64,000 bases of DNA from Minisyncoccota bacterium (GTDB taxonomy: Bacteria > Patescibacteriota > Minisyncoccia > Phycocordibacterales > SBAW01), in assembly GCA_035546615.1 (NCBI GenBank), contig DASZWM010000002.1:1-64000 (forward strand). The letters run 5' to 3'. Position 1 is the stretch's first letter; each line of letters starts with the position of its first letter. Below the pieces are notes generated by a model that saw only the letters and a program-made list of their open reading frames with translations, was not told the DNA's origin and made no database searches. The position numbers were made by a program, and so were the translations under genes. Positions 43,948 through 55,248 of the stretch are shown piece after piece.

Positions 43948-46647
<2,700 letters not shown>

Positions 46648-46693
46648 AAAGAAAAAGCGGAGCCCGTCGCGCATCGAAAAATGCGCGACGGGC

Positions 46694-47053
46694 TTATGCG
46701 TGGTGGTATAGGAAATCATTCGTGACGTTCCCGACCCTGGAGAACCTGTTCTTTTCCCAGAATCGCTCGCTTTGGCGCTGGACTTGCACGGCGCGAATGT
46801 CCCGCAATCCGGCCTCCCAGGCTTGTTCGAGCAGTACAGCCAGCGCTTGGCTCCCGAAGCCGCGTCCATATGCCGTATGGGGTATGACGGTCATATTGGT
46901 AATGACCAGGTCGGCCCCGGTCTGCCGGTCGTTGAACACGATGCGGATGTGCGCCCGCACGGCGTTAGGGAAGGGAAAATGCAGGATGTATGCTTCTTCC
47001 GCGCGGTCGTCGGGTTCGATCTCGCAATACTCAGCCAGCTTCTTGATCAGCAT
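46694..47053 (-). CDS. GNAT-family N-acetyltransferase
   Basis: Acetyl-CoA binding pattern QGRGFGSQALAVLLEQAW in a 119 aa protein. Confidence 0.55.
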   Translation of the reverse strand: MLIKKLAEYCEIEPDDRAEEAYILHFPFPNAVRAHIRIVFNDRQTGADLVITNMTVIPHTAYGRGFGSQALAVLLEQAWEAGLRDIRAVQVQRQSERFWEKNRFSRVGNVTNDFLYHHA

Positions 47054-47061
47054 GGTCCCTC

Positions 47062-47301
47062 CTAGTGTTTCGGTTGGGTTTTGGCGTAGAGCATGACCGC
47101 AACGGCATATACGGCCGTTAGGGTCGGCGCGCCCGTGGGGTACGTCTTCACCGCATGCTTGCCCTGATTGATCTCCTCAAGCGCCCGCTCGATGTATTCT
47201 CGCGGAACAGGAGTATCTCCCCGGCCTTGCGCCGTATCCTCGACTAGTTTTACCATGTCCGACATCCGCAGATTCTCCTTACTAACGCGTTCTGCCTCCA
47301 A
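47062..47301 (-). CDS. Hypothetical small protein
   Basis: 79 aa ORF. No motif. Confidence 0.3.
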   Translation of the reverse strand: MEAERVSKENLRMSDMVKLVEDTAQGRGDTPVPREYIERALEEINQGKHAVKTYPTGAPTLTAVYAVAVMLYAKTQPKH

Positions 47302-47377
47302 AATGCACTATACGGCACCGGAGCGGAATGGGAAAGGCGAGACAGTTTTATAGTGGATAGAATAGTGGACCAAGATA

Positions 47378-47408
47378 GAAAAAGCTGGCAATAAGCCAGC
47401 AGTTTCTT
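47378..47408. terminator. Bidirectional terminator hairpin
   Basis: AAAAAGCTGGC-aataa-GCCAGC-AGTTTCTTTTTT. A-run and T-run on either side allow termination in both directions. Confidence 0.5.
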
Positions 47409-47428
47409 TTTTAGTGCGCCGGGGAGGA

Positions 47429-47609
47429 ATCGGTCAGGAATAAAGTGTTCGCCGTCGCGAATACTTTTTCACGACCCTGCCTCGCTCCCGCATCTGGTGA
47501 TGCGGGGCCCGCTCCGGCTTGCGAATCCTCACGCAAGGTATCCCATACCTTGCTCCCGCGCAGCACATAACGCAAAAAGTCCTAGCAAGAGCTAAGACTT
47601 TTTGACGTT
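47429..47609 (-). repeat. tRNA-Tyr trailer element bounded by a 15-nt direct repeat of the tRNA 3' end
   Basis: gtgcgccggggagga at 47414..47428 repeats 47610..47624, the tRNA-Tyr 3' end including the discriminator. Between the copies, in tRNA sense: terminator hairpin AGTCTTAGC/GCTAGGACT plus T-run, hairpin CAAGGTAT-ggg-ATACCTTG, GGATTCGCAAGCCGGAGCGGGCC, hairpin CCGCATC/GATGCGG, GGAGCGAGGCAGGGTCGTG, TCGCGACGGCGAA. Confidence 0.45.
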
Positions 47610-47610
47610 T

Positions 47611-47693
47611 GTGCGCCGGGGAGGATTCGAACCTCCGTAGCCCGAAGGCGACAGGTTTACAGCCTGTTGTAATTGACCACTCTACCACCGACG
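47611..47693 (-). tRNA. tRNA-Tyr (anticodon GTA), long variable arm
   Basis: Reverse complement gives GCGTCGG-TG-GTAGAGTGGTCAATTAC-A-ACAGG-CTGTAAA-CCTGT-CGCCTTCGGGCTAC-GGAGG-TTCGAAT-CCTCC-CCGGCGC-A. Confidence 0.8.
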
Positions 47694-47772
47694 CGTTTCA
47701 ATAGAACGTTCTTACTTTACACTGTTTGCTTTTCCTTGTCAGCAGGCGAAAATTGGGTGCTACAATATTGGC

Positions 47773-48873
47773 ATGCGCAATAGGGGTGCCGTACTCATAT
47801 TTGCGGGAGGGCTGCTCTTTACCCTCTTGCCGTTTATCGCCTCGGCCGCCGGGATTGTTCCATGTGGCGATACCACGGGCCTTGCGCCAGGTACTCCTCA
47901 GTATTACGCGGCCGCAACAAGTTGTCAGGCATGCAGCGTAATTCAACTGATTCAGACCCTTATTAACTTCATGATAGGACTCTCCATTCCTATCGCGATG
48001 GCGCTCTTCGCCTGGGCCGGCGTCCTGTATTTTACAGCCGCTACCAAGGAGGAGAATATATCAAAGGCAAAGAGCATTTTCCGCAGCGTATTTGTCGGAT
48101 TCATCATAGTTCTCGGCGCATACCTTATGGTAGAGACGCTCCTGCACGCCATTCTTAATCAGGATTACTTTACCGGCTGGAACAAGATCGAATGCGTTGA
48201 TAATACCAAGCGCCCAACCCAGGGCACGCTCGGTCAACTGATAAATGAAGTAATAGGCCATCCGGAAGATTCTTTAGTTGTTGGGAAGGCTCCTGTCGCG
48301 GTAAGCGATCCGTCTACATGTACCGGCAAACTGAGCTACGACAGCTCTATCAATCAGTATTACTGCTTGAATACAGTCAGCGGCATGGTCAGTCAAACAG
48401 GCTCTGGACAGTGTGCGCCCGGCAGCATACAAGCTGCTGCTGCGGCGGGAGGATATCCCATTACACCAGCACAAGCTCAGACCTTTTCCTGCCTTGCGGC
48501 TCCGGAAAGCGGTTGCCAAGGGAATCCTGGCCAAGCCAGGACGCCGACCGGCGACCCGACAAGCGCTTCCGGCCATTTTCAGATCGTCCTTGGCCTCAAT
48601 GATCAGTGTCATAATCTGAATATTCCTGCATGCACCCAGGCTGCGCAAGCAGCCGGCTATTCGGTAAGCGGGAATCTCAATTGCTCCAGCCACTTCAGGG
48701 GAGGCGTTCCTATAGACGCAGTAGGACAGGCATGCAAGGCGGCGGCAAGCAACTTTACCTGCAATGCTTCGGCTGCGGCTTGTCTGGTAACGCAGAATCC
48801 AAGCTTTAGCGACTGGACGGCGGACCCTCGCAGCAGTTCACAGAAATCATGCGTCAATACGTATAATCATTAG
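47773..48873 (+). CDS. TrbC/VirB2-like pilin domain fused to a Cys-rich extracellular domain
   Basis: Signal peptide. The first ~150 aa align with the product of 35305..35787 (CxxC, IGLSIPIAMALFAWAG, SKAKSIF, VGFIIVLGAYLMV). The remaining ~220 aa carry about 18 Cys, with further Cys pairs in the pilin-homologous N-terminal region. Confidence 0.5.
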   Translation: MRNRGAVLIFAGGLLFTLLPFIASAAGIVPCGDTTGLAPGTPQYYAAATSCQACSVIQLIQTLINFMIGLSIPIAMALFAWAGVLYFTAATKEENISKAKSIFRSVFVGFIIVLGAYLMVETLLHAILNQDYFTGWNKIECVDNTKRPTQGTLGQLINEVIGHPEDSLVVGKAPVAVSDPSTCTGKLSYDSSINQYYCLNTVSGMVSQTGSGQCAPGSIQAAAAAGGYPITPAQAQTFSCLAAPESGCQGNPGQARTPTGDPTSASGHFQIVLGLNDQCHNLNIPACTQAAQAAGYSVSGNLNCSSHFRGGVPIDAVGQACKAAASNFTCNASAAACLVTQNPSFSDWTADPRSSSQKSCVNTYNH

Positions 48874-48876
48874 GAT

Positions 48877-49485
48877 ATGAAAAGCACTACTCTATATGGA
48901 CTTATAGGATTGGGGGTCATCGCAGTGCTTTTTGCGGGCATATGGATCTGGCGCACGACGTCCGCTGCGCCTGCGGAACAAATTCCCTCCAATGACGGAA
49001 CCCCGGTATCCATCGGCGGAAATTCCTCTTCTGTAAATGTTCCGGTAAACCCGTCAAATCCATCTTCCGGCAGGGATACGGAGCCGACTATCTCAATTAG
49101 CGGTCAAAACGGAAGTTCTTTCGTAACGAAAGACTTCATCCATAACGGGGAGACCGCTTCTGACGTGGTAAATCCGGGCAATTACTATCTGGCAGGCTCT
49201 ATCGGATACTGCCTTGCTGACGGCAGATGTCCGGCAGGAGCCACCACTACGGATTTTAACGTGAGCTATGACAGCAACCACAGCTCATTCAGTATATTGT
49301 TGCTGGAAGAACCGCTGGGCCAATCCCGACTCCATGCCGAAACATTCCTTGAGGAAAAGCTCGGCCTTACGGAGGCTCAATTGTGCGGCCTCAATTATTG
49401 GCTGGGCACGACCTATTGGGTAAACGAGATCTACGCCGGCAAGAACCTCGGATTCAGCTTCTGCCCGGGCGCGACCCAGCTCTAG
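48877..49485 (+). CDS. Hypothetical membrane-anchored protein
   Basis: N-terminal TM (LYGLIGLGVIAVLFAGIWIW), Ser/Asn-rich extracellular region, three Cys. Confidence 0.4.
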   Translation: MKSTTLYGLIGLGVIAVLFAGIWIWRTTSAAPAEQIPSNDGTPVSIGGNSSSVNVPVNPSNPSSGRDTEPTISISGQNGSSFVTKDFIHNGETASDVVNPGNYYLAGSIGYCLADGRCPAGATTTDFNVSYDSNHSSFSILLLEEPLGQSRLHAETFLEEKLGLTEAQLCGLNYWLGTTYWVNEIYAGKNLGFSFCPGATQL

Positions 49486-49544
49486 GATGGTCCTGGCGCG
49501 CCTGGGTTGCGCAAAAGGCCCTTATACGGTATAGTCTTCTGGTC

Positions 49545-49703
49545 ATGTCACAAGATAGGCTTATACGGCTCGCCTGCACCAAGTGCAAGCGCATAAACTA
49601 CTGGTCTTCCAAGAATAAGAAGCTGGTGACCCGCAAGATAGAGCTCAAGAAGTGGTGCAAATGGTGCCGGGCTCAAACCGTGCACAAAGAGGCAAAAAAG
49701 TAG
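49545..49703 (+). CDS. rpmG: 50S ribosomal protein L33 (zinc-ribbon type)
   Basis: Internal Met of ORF 49383..49703. 52 aa: MSQDRLIRLACTKCKRINYWSSKNKKLVTRKIELKKWCKWCRAQTVHKEAKK, with the two CxxC pairs and KE-rich tail of L33. Confidence 0.8.
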   Translation: MSQDRLIRLACTKCKRINYWSSKNKKLVTRKIELKKWCKWCRAQTVHKEAKK

Positions 49704-49718
49704 TATCCTAAGCCGTAC

Positions 49719-49789
49719 GGGCCTATAGTTTAACGGTAGAACGTCGGTCTCCAAAACCGTCGGTCGAGGTTCAATTCCTCGTGGGCCCG
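49719..49789 (+). tRNA. tRNA-Trp (anticodon CCA)
   Basis: GGGCCTA-TA-GTTT-AACGGTA-GAAC-G-TCGGT-CTCCAAA-ACCGT-CGGT-CGAGG-TTCAATT-CCTCG-TGGGCCC-G. One mismatch at the top of the anticodon stem. Confidence 0.7.
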
Positions 49790-49943
49790 CAAAAGACGCA
49801 AAATGCAACCTTCGTTGCTTTTTGTGCGTTGCGGGAGACGGAGCGATGCCGCGCAATGGCGCGGCCGCGAGTCGGGGTCGCGAAAATTTTTTGCGACGGC
49901 AAAAAGTTATTTGTGACCGCTCAAAAATTTTTTTGCGAGCCGC
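49790..49943 (+). repeat. tRNA-Trp trailer element (family A, copy 2)
   Basis: CAAAAGACGCAAAAT, hairpin GCAAC-cttc-GTTGC plus TTTTTG, TGCGTTGCGGGAGACGGAGCGATG, hairpin CCGCGC-aatg-GCGCGG, CCGCGAGTCGGGGTCGCG, hairpin GTCGCGAAAA..TTTTGCGAC, GGCAAAAAGTTATTTGTGACCGC. Overlaps the 3' end of convergent miaA. Confidence 0.45.
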
Positions 49944-50800
49944 ATAGCCTTCGCTTTGTTCCCGATCCAGATAATGTCCTTGTTCCGCTTGAACCAGCGC
50001 ATCTGGCGCTTGGCATAATCCCAGTTTCCCCGTTCTATTTCCGCTACAAGCGCCTCTTTGTTCAGCAAGCCTTGCAGATACTGCGCAAGAGAACGGTATT
50101 CAAGCCCCAGCTCATGCATGCGCTTGTATGACACTCCTGCCTTGTGCAAACGTTTTGCTTCCATCACCATGCCTGCTTTCATGCGCCGGATGGTGCGAAG
50201 ATGGATATTTTTCTTGAGCTTTTTCTCATCTGGCGCCAGCCCCAGCCACAGGACGTCATATTTCTGTTCAGGCTTGGGTAGAGGGCTTTTGCCGATAGCC
50301 TTGGCTATCTCTATCGCGCGTATGATACGCCGCTTGTGTCCGGGTTCAATAGTGCCAGCGCGGCGCAGGTCGAGCTTTTTAAGAATTGACAGCAGCTCTT
50401 CGGCGCTCTTTTTCTCGAGCCGCGCACGAAGTGCGGGGTTAGGCGCCACATTGGGCATAGTCATGCGGCCCAGGAGCATATCGATATACAGCCCCGTTCC
50501 ACCAACTACTATGGGGAAAGTATGATATATCATACTTTTTTCGATCACGTTTTGCGCCTTCTTTACGAAGTCGTCGACGGAGAACTGCCTTTTAGGCGAC
50601 GCGACGTTGAGCAGGTGGTGGGGGATGCCGGCCATCTCTTTTTTTGTAACTTTGCCGGTCGCAATATCGAGGCCGCGGTAGACTTGCCGCGAGTCGGCGG
50701 AGATTATCTCGCCGCCCAACTTTTGCGCAAGAAAAATACCAAGGGCGCTCTTGCCCGAAGCGGTCGGTCCGACTATAGCGATAACTTTAGGCTTTGACAT
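49907..50800 (-). CDS. miaA: tRNA dimethylallyltransferase
   Basis: P-loop VIAIVGPTASGKS, SADSRQVYRGLDIATGK, and the rest collinear with MiaA. Confidence 0.9.
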   Translation of the reverse strand: MSKPKVIAIVGPTASGKSALGIFLAQKLGGEIISADSRQVYRGLDIATGKVTKKEMAGIPHHLLNVASPKRQFSVDDFVKKAQNVIEKSMIYHTFPIVVGGTGLYIDMLLGRMTMPNVAPNPALRARLEKKSAEELLSILKKLDLRRAGTIEPGHKRRIIRAIEIAKAIGKSPLPKPEQKYDVLWLGLAPDEKKLKKNIHLRTIRRMKAGMVMEAKRLHKAGVSYKRMHELGLEYRSLAQYLQGLLNKEALVAEIERGNWDYAKRQMRWFKRNKDIIWIGNKAKAMRLAKKFLSGHK

Positions 50801-50898
50801 CTCGACACTTTTACACTGTTTGTATAAAAAGGGAAGAGAAGCTAGAATGCCCTCGGCTCGTACAAAGTACTGTACGGCAGCAATACGGAGGTGTATCA

Positions 50899-51630
50899 GT
50901 GAAAGACATAGGAAGGAAAGCGATAATCCTTGCTCTAGACGAGCTTACGCTCGACCAGGCCTTGGAACTCTGCTCCAAAGTGGGCGACCGGATATTTGCC
51001 GTTAAGGGCCACAGTATTGTGGACCACTACGGCCCCGGTGTCGTTTCGCAGCTTCTCCAAGCGGGCGCTCCGCAATTTTGGGAAGATGCCAAACTTCTCG
51101 ATATCCCGAACACGGTGCGGCTGCGCGCTCAAGCAATCGCTTCGTCGGGCGTCAACATACTTACCCTGCAAGCAGAGGGAGAAATCGAAATGATGCTGGC
51201 CGGCCGCAAGGGCGGGTCTGGCATGAAGCTCTACGCCATTACCGTGCTAACCTCGCTCTCCGAAGAAGAAGTGCAGCTCCAGTCCGGACACTCGGTGAAA
51301 GCGACGGTGCTCTACCGCGCGCGTCTTGCCAAGCTGGCGGGAATGGACGGCATCGTTTGTTCGCCTCAGGAAGTTGAGCTCATTGCGAAACGCCCCGAGC
51401 TAAATGGGCTTGAGATCGTCGTTCCCGGCAGCAGATCTGCCGGCAAGGACCATGGCGACCAAAAGCGGGTCGGCACGCCAACGGCAGTGATCAAAGCGGC
51501 AGGCGATCGGCTTGCACGTCTGGTTATTGGGCGGCAAGTTACGCAGGCTTCCGACCCGATTGCTGCCCTTGAAGAACTCGAAGCCGAGATTGCAGCGGCG
51601 ATCAAAGAGAAGGAAGCAGGAGTACCATGA
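50899..51630 (+). CDS. pyrF: Orotidine 5'-phosphate decarboxylase
   Basis: GTG start with GGAGGTG 6 nt upstream. IILALD, K...DIPNTV, VLTS, GIVCSPQE, VVPGSRSAGKDHGDQKRVGTP and VIGRQVTQASDP all collinear with PyrF. Confidence 0.8.
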   Translation: MKDIGRKAIILALDELTLDQALELCSKVGDRIFAVKGHSIVDHYGPGVVSQLLQAGAPQFWEDAKLLDIPNTVRLRAQAIASSGVNILTLQAEGEIEMMLAGRKGGSGMKLYAITVLTSLSEEEVQLQSGHSVKATVLYRARLAKLAGMDGIVCSPQEVELIAKRPELNGLEIVVPGSRSAGKDHGDQKRVGTPTAVIKAAGDRLARLVIGRQVTQASDPIAALEELEAEIAAAIKEKEAGVP

Positions 51631-52343
51631 TACACGCTACGGACGTTCTCAAAATGGGTCTCCCGGAACTTCGTAAGCTGCAGGTGGACGACTTTGGTGT
51701 CCTCATGTCGCGAGCGGAGTTCGACCACATCCTCGAGACATGCCAGGCCCTCTGGCTCCACTCCGGGAAGCCACAGGACCCGCACGCACTTCTCACCAGT
51801 CTTCGGCACAGTGACGGGTTCGTCGACACGCTCCGAATGCTCCGGTATGCCAACCTGTGCATGATCATGGCCCAGCAGGTCGTGCTCAGGTTGCAGGAGT
51901 GCTACGACGACCGGGTCGATTGGGTCATCGGCTCCGACCACGCAGGCGCGACGCTCTCGTTTGCGGTTGCGTACCTGCTGGGTGCCAAGCACGACTTCAG
52001 CGAAAAAGACCCGAAGAACGACAAGAAACAGATCTGGAAGCGCTTCGAGATCGAACCGGGCGAAGTCGTCCTCCAGGTGGAGGAACTTGTAACCACTACG
52101 CAGACCCTGCACGCGGTGCGGGACGCTATCCGCGCCGGCAACTCGACACCGGTCCAGTTTGCGCCGATTGTCATGACGCTGGTCCACCGCTCCGATACCC
52201 TAGAGTTTGAGGGCGGACCGATCGGCCACGTCGTGCATTACGACATCAAGAGCTGGACAGCGGAAGAATGTCCTCTGTGCGCAGGGGGCTCGAAGGTACT
52301 TCCGCCGAAGAAGAATTGGTTGGAACTCACCCGGAAGGAATGA
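51627..52343 (+). CDS. Type I phosphoribosyltransferase, probably orotate phosphoribosyltransferase
   Basis: PRPP-binding motif VVLQVEELVTTTQTL. ATGA overlap with pyrF suggests operon partner pyrE. The remainder is divergent. Confidence 0.5.
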   Translation: MIHATDVLKMGLPELRKLQVDDFGVLMSRAEFDHILETCQALWLHSGKPQDPHALLTSLRHSDGFVDTLRMLRYANLCMIMAQQVVLRLQECYDDRVDWVIGSDHAGATLSFAVAYLLGAKHDFSEKDPKNDKKQIWKRFEIEPGEVVLQVEELVTTTQTLHAVRDAIRAGNSTPVQFAPIVMTLVHRSDTLEFEGGPIGHVVHYDIKSWTAEECPLCAGGSKVLPPKKNWLELTRKE

Positions 52344-52560
52344 TATGCAAGATCGAGGGTGTACGCGAATTGTCTCGCGCACACCCTTTTGCTTTTTATG
52401 GCGGGGGGAATCGGCTACCACGTAGCCAGGTACTTTTCGATCTCGATGACTCGATAACGAAAAGTCTTTCGATTCTCCCATGGAAGCAAATCAATTTGCT
52501 TCCTCCCCGGACTCCAGACAGAAAAAGAGCCGGGCGGTAAGCCTGGCCTGTTTTCTGTGG

Positions 52561-52644
52561 TGCCGGGGGGGAGAATCGAACTCCCATGCCATTGCTGGCG
52601 CGGGATTTTGAGTCCCGTGCGTCTACCAATTCCGCCACCCCGGC
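52561..52644 (-). tRNA. tRNA-Leu (anticodon CAA), long variable arm
   Basis: Reverse complement gives GCCGGGG-TG-GCGGAATTGGTAGACGC-A-CGGGA-CTCAAAA-TCCCG-CGCCAGCAATGGCAT-GGGAG-TTCGATT-CTCCC-CCCCGGC-A. Confidence 0.8.
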
Positions 52645-52673
52645 TTGTGTTGGCTCGTGTTAGAATATCGTTT

Positions 52674-53672
52674 ATGGCAGGGTTTTACAATAACGCTATT
52701 TTCTGGGTCGAAGTAGAGAAGATACGGCCGAATCCCTTTCAGCCGCGCAAGGAATTCGACGAGGCGAAATTGCGCGATTTGGCAAACTCCGTGCGCCAGT
52801 ACGGCGTAATCCAGCCGCTTACCGTCACGCGACACGAGGTGCAGAAGGAGGACGGCGGGCTGGCTTCCGAATACGAGCTTATCGCCGGCGAGCGCCGGCT
52901 GCGCGCGGCGAAGATGGCGGGCATCACCTCGGTGCCCGTGCTTATCCGCGACTCGTTCGACGACGACAAGACCAAGCTGGAGCTCGCGATAATCGAGAAC
53001 CTTCAGCGCGAGGACCTCAATCCCATAGACCGTGCGCTGGCCTTCGACCGGCTGGTGAAGGAATTCAGCTTCAAGCACGCCGAAGTTGCCGAAAAGATAG
53101 GCAAGAGCCGCGTGTACGTCTCCAACACCATCCGCCTGCTGGGAATGCCTCCGGAAATGCAGCAGGCGCTTTCGGAAGGCAAGATAAGCGAAGGCCACAC
53201 ACGGCCGCTCCTCATGCTTGCCGACCGGCCGCAGGAGCAGAGCGTGCTCTTCCGCGAAATAATGCTGAAGCGGCTCACCGTGCGCGACACAGAAAGCATT
53301 GCGCGGCGCATCGCCTTCGACCGCGTGCGCAAGAAGGAATATCTCTATTCGCCGCAGATACTCGAAATGGAGCGCGAGCTGACCGAGGCGCTCGGCACCC
53401 GCGTTGCCATAGAGCCCAAGGAGAACGGCGGCAAAGTGTCCATAGATTTTATGAGCGAGGAGGACTTGCAGATACTTTTCGCGCACCTGGCGGCCAAGAT
53501 CAATGCTTCAAAAGAGGTGTCGACACAGCTGATACCCGCAGCCGCCACAGCTCTTGCTGAGGAACAGCCGGCGGCTTCCGACGTGCCGCTGGCGCAAAGC
53601 CTCGACGATCGTTCGCGCGACGAAATCACGAAGGACGAAAACACCTTCGACCCGACGAATTTCTCTATCTAG
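52674..53672 (+). CDS. parB: Chromosome partitioning protein ParB/Spo0J
   Basis: Internal Met of ORF 52557..53672. ParB box LIAGERRLRAAKMAG, HTH region HAEVAEKIGKSRVYVSNTIRLL, C-terminal dimerisation region. No parA adjacent. Confidence 0.85.
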   Translation: MAGFYNNAIFWVEVEKIRPNPFQPRKEFDEAKLRDLANSVRQYGVIQPLTVTRHEVQKEDGGLASEYELIAGERRLRAAKMAGITSVPVLIRDSFDDDKTKLELAIIENLQREDLNPIDRALAFDRLVKEFSFKHAEVAEKIGKSRVYVSNTIRLLGMPPEMQQALSEGKISEGHTRPLLMLADRPQEQSVLFREIMLKRLTVRDTESIARRIAFDRVRKKEYLYSPQILEMERELTEALGTRVAIEPKENGGKVSIDFMSEEDLQILFAHLAAKINASKEVSTQLIPAAATALAEEQPAASDVPLAQSLDDRSRDEITKDENTFDPTNFSI

Positions 53673-55219
53673 CCGCTCTTCTCCGCTTCAAGCGCATTCC
53701 GGATGTGCCTTCGGGCAAGAGTGGTTTTGGCGAAGTCGAGCCATTTCTGCTTGGGCCGCGCGTTCTTCTTAGTCTGTATCTCAACGATGTCGCCGTTGTG
53801 AAGCTCGGTATCAAGCGGAACCATCTTGCCGCCCACTTTTGCGCCGAACAGGCGGTCGCCCAGGTCGGAGTGTATGGCGTATGCGAAATCCACGGGGGTT
53901 GCGGCAACCGGCAGGTCTACCACGTCGCCGTGCGGCGTAAAGACGAACACGCGGTGGGAAAATATGTCGCCGCGCACCGCGGTGTCGAAGTCAGGGTCCT
54001 CAAGCTCGTTTTCCTCAAGGCCCGAAAGCCATTCAGGCACCGGCGCGGAGCCGTAGCGCGTGCGCTCGGGGCCTTTTGGCGCGGCATCGGCCTCCGGCTT
54101 TTTCTCGGGCGCGCGGCGGAAACCCGGCAGGAGCGAGCGTATCCAATCGAAGCTGGAACCGCGGCCGCGCGCCGGATCGCCGGCCCCGCCGCGTTCTTTA
54201 TAGATAACGTGGGCGGCGATGCCGAAGAGCGCGTCGCGATGCATCTCTTTGGTGCGTATCTGGACCTCGACGATGCCGCCGTCGCCCGCGAACACCGTGG
54301 TATGGAGCGACTGGTAGCCGTTGGGCTTCGGGAAGGCGATATAGTCCTTGATTTTGTAGGGAAGCGGCTGCCAGAGATTGTTCACGAGCCCCAGCACGCG
54401 GTAGCAGTCCGCGACGTTCTCCACCACGACGCGCAGCGCGGCAATGTCGTAGACCTTGTCGAGCTCGCCGCCTTTGCGCTTGAGCTTCTGCCACAGGCTC
54501 CAGAGGCCCTTCACGCGGAAGTCGGTCTCGAAGTTGCGGATATCGTTCTTGCCGAGCTCTTTCTTGAGCGTGCGGCTCATCTCCTCGAGCCTGTTCTGCG
54601 TTTCTTTGGACTTCTCGGTCAGGAGCTTGCGCGCCTCGGCATATTCTTCCGGGTACGCGTACTCGAACGCGAGGTCTTCCAATTCCTTGCGCACCACTCC
54701 CATGCCTAAACGGTGGGCGATAGCGGCGTATATCTCGAGCGTTTCGAGCGCGATACGCTTTCGTTTCTCGGGCGGGACATGCTTGAGCGTGCGCATGTTG
54801 TGGAGCCTGTCCATCAGCTTGATGATAAGCACGCGCACGTCCTTGCCGGTCGCCACCAGCAGCTTGCGCAAGGACTCGCGATGGCGCTCCGCGCCGCGGT
54901 ACTTGAGGTGTCCGAGCTTGGTAACGCCTTCCACCAAAAACAGCACATCCTTGCCGAACTCTTTCTCAATAGTGGCGGCTTCGACGCCCATATCCTCGAT
55001 GGTGTCGTGGAGCAGTCCGGCGGCGATAGTGCGCGCGCTCATGCCTATTTCGGCGAGCGACTCGGCCGTGGCGGCCAGGTGGGTGATGTACGGCGCGCCG
55101 GAGAAGCGCTTGTGGTCGCGGTGCGCGTGCGCCGCGAACGCGTACGCTTTTTCAACCAGCGCCCTATCCTCCGCGGTGGGGGAGCTCATCTTGCCCAGTA
55201 TGTCTTTCACTTCGGGCAT
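53669..55219 (-). CDS. (p)ppGpp synthetase/hydrolase Rel/SpoT-family (HD, synthetase and TGS domains)
   Basis: HD motif HLAATAESLAEIG...LLHDTIED, synthetase region YQSLHTTV, C-terminal TGS-like segment. 516 aa, without the ACT domain. Confidence 0.85.
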   Translation of the reverse strand: MPEVKDILGKMSSPTAEDRALVEKAYAFAAHAHRDHKRFSGAPYITHLAATAESLAEIGMSARTIAAGLLHDTIEDMGVEAATIEKEFGKDVLFLVEGVTKLGHLKYRGAERHRESLRKLLVATGKDVRVLIIKLMDRLHNMRTLKHVPPEKRKRIALETLEIYAAIAHRLGMGVVRKELEDLAFEYAYPEEYAEARKLLTEKSKETQNRLEEMSRTLKKELGKNDIRNFETDFRVKGLWSLWQKLKRKGGELDKVYDIAALRVVVENVADCYRVLGLVNNLWQPLPYKIKDYIAFPKPNGYQSLHTTVFAGDGGIVEVQIRTKEMHRDALFGIAAHVIYKERGGAGDPARGRGSSFDWIRSLLPGFRRAPEKKPEADAAPKGPERTRYGSAPVPEWLSGLEENELEDPDFDTAVRGDIFSHRVFVFTPHGDVVDLPVAATPVDFAYAIHSDLGDRLFGAKVGGKMVPLDTELHNGDIVEIQTKKNARPKQKWLDFAKTTLARRHIRNALEAEKSG

Positions 55220-55248
55220 ATCCTCTAATACTACTCCTTTTGCAGTAA

